A program made the translations under genes and the position numbers. Below the pieces are notes generated by a model. It was not told where the DNA came from. It searched no databases and saw only the letters and a program-made list of their open reading frames with translations. Below are positions 15,646-21,633 of a stretch of 21,633 bases of DNA, in pieces (position 1 is the first letter of the stretch; every line of letters starts with the position of its first letter). The stretch covers positions 1 through 21,633 of the forward strand of contig JAKFCT010000056.1 in the NCBI GenBank assembly GCA_036676495.1, written 5' to 3'. The DNA comes from Candidatus Sericytochromatia bacterium (GTDB lineage: Bacteria; Cyanobacteriota; Sericytochromatia; S15B-MN24; UBA4093).

Positions 15646-16299
15646 TCAACGGCGGATGACCTGCGCGTCGTCGGGCAGGGCCCTGAGGCTGGCCGCTTCC
15701 AGGCCCTGATCGGCCTTGAAGTCGGTCACGGACCACTCGGCGACGGCCTGCCCCCAGCTGTTCAGGACCTGCAGGCGGCGGATGCGCCAGGTCGCCTCGT
15801 CGATGGTGACCCGCATCCGGTTGGCGCCCGAGGGGGCTTCCAGCAGGTAGCGCTTTCCCTCGCGGGTCTGCTCGACGCCGGCGAGCGTGAAGCCATGATT
15901 GGAAGCCGAGCTTCCCAGCAACGTGGTCATCTTCGAGAAATCCAGCGGGCCGCCCTTGGCCGCCTCGGCCGCCGAGGAGACGACGACCTGGTGAGTCAGG
16001 GGAACGTAGCGCGAGGCCTGGGCCTTCTCGAGGATGACGATGCTGCCGGCCATCTGCGCCGGCGCCTTGAAGGCGACCCGCCGCAGGTCGAGGCGAGGGA
16101 TCGCCGCGATCTCGAACTCCCCTTGCAAGCGCTTGGGACCCTGAACCAGGAATCCCTTGAGCGTGATGCGGACGTCCTTGTAATCGGCCTGCGACGAGAC
16201 CAGCTTGGAGACCACCTGATCGGCCGTGAGTTCCGAGGCCCCGGCCGGCGCGGCCAGCAGGCACGTCGCGAGGGCCGCGACCATCCAGCGTTTGAACAT
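15646..16299 (-). CDS. LolA-like outer-membrane lipoprotein carrier / sorting-fold protein
   Basis: AGGAGG RBS and a signal peptide (PAGA-S). LTADQVVSKL N-terminal helix, beta-rich body with RVAFKAP and VTIDEATWRIRRLQV, and a C-terminal F..DQGL....LRALPDDAQVI typical of the LolA fold. Confidence 0.75.
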   Translation of the reverse strand: MFKRWMVAALATCLLAAPAGASELTADQVVSKLVSSQADYKDVRITLKGFLVQGPKRLQGEFEIAAIPRLDLRRVAFKAPAQMAGSIVILEKAQASRYVPLTHQVVVSSAAEAAKGGPLDFSKMTTLLGSSASNHGFTLAGVEQTREGKRYLLEAPSGANRMRVTIDEATWRIRRLQVLNSWGQAVAEWSVTDFKADQGLEAASLRALPDDAQVIRR

Positions 16300-16328
16300 G
16301 AGCTCCTCCTTTGAGGCGAAACGGGATG

Positions 16329-17459
16329 CTAGAGCGTCTTGCGGAAGCGCAGGCTCGCCGCGGTCAGCAGCAAGGTCGCGAAGACGGCGAGGGCGACGAA
16401 CTCTCCGACCAGGCTCTCGAAGCCGGCTCCGCGCAGCATGACGCCCCGGGCGATCTGAAGGAAGTAACGGAGGGGGACCGCGTAGGAGAGGGTGTGGAAG
16501 AAGGCGTTGAGGCCCTCGAGGGGGAAGAGCAGACCGGAGAGGAAGATGCTCGGAAAGAGGTACGCGAGCGTTCCGAACATGGCCTGGAGCTGGTTCTGGG
16601 CCAGGGTCGAGATGACGATGCCGACGCCCAGGGAGCCGAGGATGAAGAGGAGGGTGCCAAAGCCGAGCACCCAGGGGCTTCCGACGAAGGGGACGTTGAA
16701 GAGCCAGACGCCGACCGCCAGGATGATGACGGCATCCAGCACTCCGAGCAGGAGGTAGGGGGAGATCTTGCCGAGGACCACCTCGGCTGGCCTGACCGGG
16801 GTGGCGATCAGGGCCTCCATGGTGCCGCTCTCGCGCTCCCGGACGATGGCGATCGCCGTCAGCAGGATGGTGATCAGGGTGAGGATGAGCCCGATCAAGC
16901 CGGGAACCATGTAGACCGCCGTGCGGTTATCCGGGTTGTAAAGGGTCTCGAGGGAGATCTCGAGGGGCATGGCGAGGCCCGGGGTGAGCAGCGCCCGCCC
17001 CACGCTGAGGGTCTCGATGATCTCCTGGGAGGAGGCCATGGCGGCGGCCCGGATCTGCGCCGCCATGCCGGGGTCCGAGCCATCCAGGGCGAGGCTGAGC
17101 GGGATGGCCTCCTCGGCCCGGGCCTTGGCCAGGGCATCCGGGCCAATCACCATGGCGGCCTTCGCCTCGCCCTTGCGGACGGCCTCCAGCCCCTCCTCCG
17201 GCGAGGTGACCGGCACGACCCGGAAGCGCTCGTCGCGCTCGAAGGCCTGCAGCATCGCGCTGCTGATGCGATCCTGCGAGCGGTCAAAGACGGCGAGCGG
17301 GATCTCCTTGACCGTGCTGTTGAGGGCATAGCCGAACATGATCAGGAGGAAGATCGGCAGGATCACGATCAGCCGGACGAGCACCGGGTCCCGGCGCACC
17401 TGGATGAACTCCTTGCGGGCGATCGCCGAGACCCGCTGGAACATGGGCAAGTCGCTCAT
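16329..17459 (-). CDS. ABC-2 type transporter permease (YbhS/YbhR-like)
   Basis: AIARKEFIQVRRDP, LIMFGYA, YNPD, MVPGLIGLIL, IVRERESGTMEALIATPV, IFLSGLLFP and PLRYF. Its ATG overlaps the ATPase stop codon (ATGA). Confidence 0.94.
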   Translation of the reverse strand: MSDLPMFQRVSAIARKEFIQVRRDPVLVRLIVILPIFLLIMFGYALNSTVKEIPLAVFDRSQDRISSAMLQAFERDERFRVVPVTSPEEGLEAVRKGEAKAAMVIGPDALAKARAEEAIPLSLALDGSDPGMAAQIRAAAMASSQEIIETLSVGRALLTPGLAMPLEISLETLYNPDNRTAVYMVPGLIGLILTLITILLTAIAIVRERESGTMEALIATPVRPAEVVLGKISPYLLLGVLDAVIILAVGVWLFNVPFVGSPWVLGFGTLLFILGSLGVGIVISTLAQNQLQAMFGTLAYLFPSIFLSGLLFPLEGLNAFFHTLSYAVPLRYFLQIARGVMLRGAGFESLVGEFVALAVFATLLLTAASLRFRKTL

Positions 17460-18367
17460 CGCATTCCCTCCTTTCGGGCCAGGGCCACGAAGACATCCTC
17501 GAGAGACGGGGGCACGGTCCGGGCATTGGAGCCGAGCCGCTCGAGCCGCTCCCCCGGGATGGGGGCGTTGGAGGCCAGGCGCAGGCTCGCGCCCGTGATC
17601 CAGGCGTCCCTGACGTCGGAGATCTGAAGTGCGTGAAGGCGAGCCTGCGCGAGGTCGTCAGCCTCCAGGTCGTAGAAGTAGCCGGACATCCCGGCACGCA
17701 ACTCGGAGGGGGGGCCTTCGGCCAGGATCCGCCCGTTCTCGATCAGGGCGAGGCGATGGCAGCGCTCGGCCTCGTCCATGTAGTGGGTGGTCACGAAGAC
17801 CGTCGTGCCCACCTCGGTCAGGGCGTAAATGACGTCCCAGAGGTCTCTACGCCCCACGGGGTCGAGGCCTGCCGTCGGCTCGTCGAGGAAGAGCAGCTTG
17901 GGGCCGTGGACGATGGCGCAAGCGATGGAAAGGCGCTGCCTCCAGCCCCCCGAGAGCTTCCCGGCGAGCTGATGCTGGCGGGACGTCAAGTCGAGCTGCT
18001 CCATGACCCGGTCGACCGCGCGCGTCACCTCAGGCGCGGAGAGGAAGAGGGAGGCCTTGAAGCGAAGGTTCTCGGCGACGCTGAGGTCCGGGTAGACGCT
18101 GATGGCCTGGTTGGCATACCCGATCTGGGCCTTGAGGCGGTCGGGCTCCGTGAGGGGGACTCCCGCCACGGTTCCCGTGCCGGAGGTGGCGGGCAGGACG
18201 CCGGTGAGCATGCGGATCGTGGTGGTCTTGCCGGCGCCGTTGGGGCCCAGGTAGCCGAAGACGATGCCGTCGGGAACGGTAAGAGACAGGGAGTCGACGG
18301 CCAGCAACGGAGGCTGGCCATGGCTTTTGAAGCGTTTCGTCAGGGCATGCGTTTCAATCGCGTTCAT
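17456..18367 (-). CDS. ABC transporter ATP-binding protein
   Basis: Walker A GPNGAGKT, signature LSGGWRQR, Walker B LFLDEPTAGLDP and H-loop TTHYMDEAERC. Confidence 0.96.
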   Translation of the reverse strand: MNAIETHALTKRFKSHGQPPLLAVDSLSLTVPDGIVFGYLGPNGAGKTTTIRMLTGVLPATSGTGTVAGVPLTEPDRLKAQIGYANQAISVYPDLSVAENLRFKASLFLSAPEVTRAVDRVMEQLDLTSRQHQLAGKLSGGWRQRLSIACAIVHGPKLLFLDEPTAGLDPVGRRDLWDVIYALTEVGTTVFVTTHYMDEAERCHRLALIENGRILAEGPPSELRAGMSGYFYDLEADDLAQARLHALQISDVRDAWITGASLRLASNAPIPGERLERLGSNARTVPPSLEDVFVALARKEGMR

Positions 18368-18929
18368 GCGGAGTCCTTTCGGAACGACGGCCGATGAGGT
18401 AGGAGGCGACGTGGCTCTTGGGATCGATGGGAGGCAGGACGCCCGGGAAGTAGACCGAGATGAGGGTCACCATCAGGACCGGGGCCAACAGGGTGATGGC
18501 CGCCAGGGGGGGAGCCTCCGGGCGGAGCTTCCCATCGTCCTGATAGCGTGCGATCAGGCTCGCGAGCATCCCGAAGGTCTGCACGGGTTTGGCGAAGACG
18601 CCGCGAAGCTCGGGACGGCGGGTCGCCTCGGTCAGGAGGGTCGCCATGAAGCGCCCGCGTCGTCGAATCAGGGCCTCGTAGCCCGTGACGATGGCTTCGA
18701 GGTCCGCCGACAGGTCGCCCGTGTGGTGGATGCGGGTCTGAAAGTTCTCGGCCTCTCGCCGGACGAGTTCCTGAAGCAGCTTGGCCTTGGAGCCGAACTT
18801 CCGGAAGAGGGTGACCTCGTTGACGCCGGCGTACTCGGCGATCCGCTTGGTGGTGGCCTTGTCGTAGCCGAAGTCGATCATGGCCTTGAAGGCCGCCTCC
18901 AGGATCGCATCCTGGGTCTCGTCCGCCAT
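18354..18929 (-). CDS. TetR/AcrR family transcriptional regulator
   Basis: Start at ATG 18929 with GGAGGAGGGAG upstream. HTH: ILEAAF..MIDFGYDKATTKRIAEYAGVNEVTLFRKFGSKAKL. Overlaps the ATPase start by 14 nt. Confidence 0.94.
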   Translation of the reverse strand: MADETQDAILEAAFKAMIDFGYDKATTKRIAEYAGVNEVTLFRKFGSKAKLLQELVRREAENFQTRIHHTGDLSADLEAIVTGYEALIRRRGRFMATLLTEATRRPELRGVFAKPVQTFGMLASLIARYQDDGKLRPEAPPLAAITLLAPVLMVTLISVYFPGVLPPIDPKSHVASYLIGRRSERTPHERD

Positions 18930-18955
18930 CTCCCTCCTCCTCCCGGACACCGTGC

Positions 18956-18975
18956 ATGCAAGTACTTACTTACAT
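18956..18975. promoter_or_regulatory. Probable TetR operator
   Basis: AT-rich near-perfect palindrome ATGCAAGTA-CT-TACTTACAT (8 of 9 pairs) 26 nt upstream of the tetR start, directly downstream of a TTGCCA -35-like box (19000-18995, minus strand). Confidence 0.75.
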
Positions 18976-19028
18976 ACCCTCCGAAGACGTTTCTTGGCAA
19001 GGGGGAAGGTTACGGAGATCGGAGCAAC

Positions 19029-19649
19029 TTAGGGGCGAGCGTCCCCTTGGGCCAGCATGGCCAGCGCTTCGAGCGCGGACTCGCGGACCTCGGAGCCCTG
19101 CACCGTGCGGGTGAGGTAGGCGAACGCCTCATCCCCCCCGAGCCGCCCCAGCGCCAGCAAGGCTTGGGTGCAGGGATAGAACCATTCCCCGTGGCGCTCG
19201 TCCGCCAAGGCGACGAGATGGGGAACGGCCCGGCGATCGCCAAGCTCCCCCAGGGCCGTCGCGGCCGCTCCCGCCACGTAGCCGCTCGCATGCGCCAGCA
19301 AGTCCACAAGCAGGTCGAACGTCTGAGGATGGCGGATCTTGCCCAGGGCCGTCCCGATGGACATCAGGAGGCCATCGGGAAGCATGTCGGGATCCCGCAG
19401 GAAGCCCGCGAGCGTCACCTGGGCCTCGGGAAACGGAAAGTCGACCACCGCGGTAAGGGCCTCGAAAAGGCGCTCGTCCCGCTCGAAGGCATCCAGGTCG
19501 CGATCCGTCCGGGTCACGTACTCCAGCCAGGCCTCCGGGCCCCGCGGCTCTCCCAGCCGCAAGAGCCCCCGCACTCCGGCCAACTGGACGGACGGATCGG
19601 GATCGGTCGTCGCGTTCGCCAAAATCTGCCGGATGCGCTCGCGGTTCAT
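19029..19649 (-). CDS. HEAT/PBS-lyase-like repeat protein
   Basis: Start reassigned to ATG 19649, which has GAGGAGGG upstream and an ATGA overlap with panE. Repeats: VQLAGVRGLLRLG, ALGKIRHPQ, AAATALGELGDRRAVPHL, ALLALGRLGG and VRESALEAL. Confidence 0.85.
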   Translation of the reverse strand: MNRERIRQILANATTDPDPSVQLAGVRGLLRLGEPRGPEAWLEYVTRTDRDLDAFERDERLFEALTAVVDFPFPEAQVTLAGFLRDPDMLPDGLLMSIGTALGKIRHPQTFDLLVDLLAHASGYVAGAAATALGELGDRRAVPHLVALADERHGEWFYPCTQALLALGRLGGDEAFAYLTRTVQGSEVRESALEALAMLAQGDARP

Positions 19650-20554
19650 GGCGATTCCCTCCTCGCGGCCAGGCCCTCCAAGGCCTCGACCACCTCCCGG
19701 TGGGTCTCGACGGGGAGGCCGTAGCGATCGCCCAGGGCGACGATACGGGCATTGAGCTGATCGATTTCGGTCGGGCGTCCCAGGCGGACGTCCTCCCACA
19801 TCGAGCCCCGGTGCTCTCCCGTCCGGGCCAGCAACGACAAGGCCTGCTCCTCGAAATCCGCCCCCAGTTCGATGCCATCGGCAGCGGCCACGGCCATGGC
19901 CTCGTGAAGCATCGGCAGGAAGCGCCGATCCGTCATCGCCTCGGCGATCGTGCGCCCCCCCAGCGCACAAAGGGGATTGGAAACCGCGTTGAGGATCACC
20001 TTCTCCCAGGCGAACCTCCGGATGTCGAGGGTCGACATCGCCCGATGCCCCAAGTCGTCCAGTCGCTGGGCTATCCCCTGGCCTGCAAGGTCGTGGTGGC
20101 CCCCGATGAGAGTCGGACGACTCCAGAAGGAAACCTCGACATGCGACGGAGTGAGGCGTTTGGCCCCGAGGTAGAGGATGGCGCGCAGGACGCGGGAGGC
20201 GCCGAGCGCGGAGACGAAAACCTGCTCGGGATCGAGGCCGTTCTGGCAGACCAGAACCCGACTCTCCGCCGGGATCTCCTGGGCCATCCGCTGGGCTAAC
20301 TCAGCGTTGAAGGGGGTCTTGGTGGTGACCAGGTAGAGATCGGCCGCGGGCAAGGCTCCTTTGGCCGTCGAAACGGGCGTGGAGAGGCTGACGGCGCCGC
20401 TGACGTCGAGCCCCCGTTCGGAGATCTCCGCGATCCCGGGATCTCGTCCCCAGAGCACGATCGATTCGCCGGCATGCGCCAGCTGCGCGGCCAAAAGGCC
20501 CCCGATGGCGCCGGTCCCCAGAACGGCGAAATGCGTCTCGGTTTGCGCGGTCAT
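19646..20554 (-). CDS. panE: 2-dehydropantoate 2-reductase (ketopantoate reductase) family protein
   Basis: VLGTGAIGG Rossmann motif, VTTK, CQNGL, WEKVILNAVSNPL and GSMWEDVRLGRPTEIDQLN, which carry the catalytic Lys and Glu positions. Confidence 0.92.
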   Translation of the reverse strand: MTAQTETHFAVLGTGAIGGLLAAQLAHAGESIVLWGRDPGIAEISERGLDVSGAVSLSTPVSTAKGALPAADLYLVTTKTPFNAELAQRMAQEIPAESRVLVCQNGLDPEQVFVSALGASRVLRAILYLGAKRLTPSHVEVSFWSRPTLIGGHHDLAGQGIAQRLDDLGHRAMSTLDIRRFAWEKVILNAVSNPLCALGGRTIAEAMTDRRFLPMLHEAMAVAAADGIELGADFEEQALSLLARTGEHRGSMWEDVRLGRPTEIDQLNARIVALGDRYGLPVETHREVVEALEGLAARRESP

Positions 20555-20669
20555 CCTCCCATCCTACCAGAAGCCATCCCTTAGCGGAAACTTAGCAGGG
20601 CCTTAACGTCAGGGCGCTTCCGGACTCCGGATAACTAGGGTAGTCCCCCTCTCGAAAGGAGCAAGCGCG

Positions 20670-21633
20670 ATGTCCCGGAAACCGTTGATGACGCTAGGAG
20701 CCGTACTGGTTGCAGCAAGCCTGACGGTCGCTTGCGGGACGTCCCCCACCCAGGTGGGCCAGCTCAATGGGCAGAACGCTTCCTCGATCAAGCGCTTCGC
20801 CGCGAAGAAGGTCGATCGCCAGAGCGAAGGTTCGCTCGGCGAGGTGGTCCTGCGGCTCCCCAAGGGATCCGCCGTCGACGTCGGCAGCAGCGAGCTCGAC
20901 CGCTTCACCTTCGGGGACAAGGAGTACGTGCTGGTCGAAGCCGGCAAGCAGGTCAACGCCCTGATCGCCAAGTACGGCGCCTCTCAGGGCGTGCTGGGCG
21001 CCCAGCGGAACTTCAAGCGCTTCGCGCTGGAGGACGCCCCCAGGACGGCCGTCGAACCCAACGATGAGTTCTATCACTTGCAGTTCGGCCTGAGCCAGCA
21101 GAACATCTCCCGGGTCTGGAGCGCCGCGCGCGGGGCCAACACCCTGGTCGCCGTGGTGGATACCGGCGTCGACCACTCGCATCCCGATCTCAAGGGCACG
21201 GTCATCGACAGCCCCGACATGACGTTCACCAAGAAGTGGTACCAGTTCGGCAAGAAGAACCCCGGCTCGATGGACCGCGATGGGCACGGCACGCACGTGG
21301 CCGGCATCATCGGGGCGATCGCCAACAATAACATCGGCGTGGCGGGCGTCGCTCCCAGCACCAAGGTCCTCGGCGTCAAGGTCCTCGGCGAGAACGCCAC
21401 CATGTTCTCCGTCATGAAGGGCATCGCCTACTCCGTCAACCAGGGAGCCAAGATCATCAACCTCAGCCTGGGCGGCGCGTTGACCGACAGCGTCGAGCGC
21501 GCTTTCTACGAGGAAGCCCTCGCCCGCCACAACGTGCTGATCGTGGCCGCCGCCGGCAACGACGGCATCGCCAACACGGGCTTCCCCGCCTCCTTCAAGA
21601 ACGTCATGGCCGTCGGCTCCGTGAACCAGACCC
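20670..21633 (+). CDS. S8 subtilisin-family serine protease, probable lipoprotein (3'-truncated; absent from the supplied ORF track)
   Basis: Translated by hand from ATG 20670 (AAGGAG RBS): MSRKPLMTLGAVLVAASLTVA-CG lipobox, a propeptide, then PNDEFY, VAVVDTGVDHSHPDL (Asp), DGHGTHVAGIIGA (His), IINLSLGG and VAAAGNDG (oxyanion Asn). The frame stays open to the window end, so the catalytic Ser lies beyond it. Confidence 0.95.
   Translation, partial: MSRKPLMTLGAVLVAASLTVACGTSPTQVGQLNGQNASSIKRFAAKKVDRQSEGSLGEVVLRLPKGSAVDVGSSELDRFTFGDKEYVLVEAGKQVNALIAKYGASQGVLGAQRNFKRFALEDAPRTAVEPNDEFYHLQFGLSQQNISRVWSAARGANTLVAVVDTGVDHSHPDLKGTVIDSPDMTFTKKWYQFGKKNPGSMDRDGHGTHVAGIIGAIANNNIGVAGVAPSTKVLGVKVLGENATMFSVMKGIAYSVNQGAKIINLSLGGALTDSVERAFYEEALARHNVLIVAAAGNDGIANTGFPASFKNVMAVGSVNQT

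Noticed and set aside
19650-19970. N-terminal extension of the HEAT protein to 19970 as given in the ORF track; similar extensions for DUF5069 (3448), crcB (6323) and tetR (18950)
   Set aside because: The extensions overlap neighbouring genes or promoter regions, or lack an RBS. The downstream ATGs have clear RBSs and match the family N-termini.

Overview
A GC-rich bacterial chromosomal window of ordinary, gene-dense composition, with no rRNA, tRNA, CRISPR array, transposase or integrase visible. Left to right: the 3' part of a long-class methyl-accepting chemotaxis protein; glgX; a DUF5069-like gene divergent from a Cys-containing HxlR/YodB-type regulator, with a TACT-N7-AGTA box over its -10; hrpB; crcB/fluC; an orphan PAS histidine kinase with an unusual all-helical N-terminal domain; dacB; a stand-alone Zn-finger SIR2-like protein; a secreted TPR-like protein; a PAS-GGDEF-EAL protein; two hypothetical genes, one a coiled-coil protein with a type III needle-like C-terminus and a structured leader carrying a mini-ORF; a TetR / ABC ATPase / ABC-2 permease / LolA-like operon with a clear operator; a panE plus HEAT-repeat gene pair; and the 5' part of a lipoprotein subtilisin that is missing from the supplied ORF track. 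The best leads for something undescribed are the solo SIR2-like gene, the coiled-coil gene with its leader, the ABC-LolA operon and the kinase N-terminal domain. All family assignments come from motifs read by eye; no database search was run.
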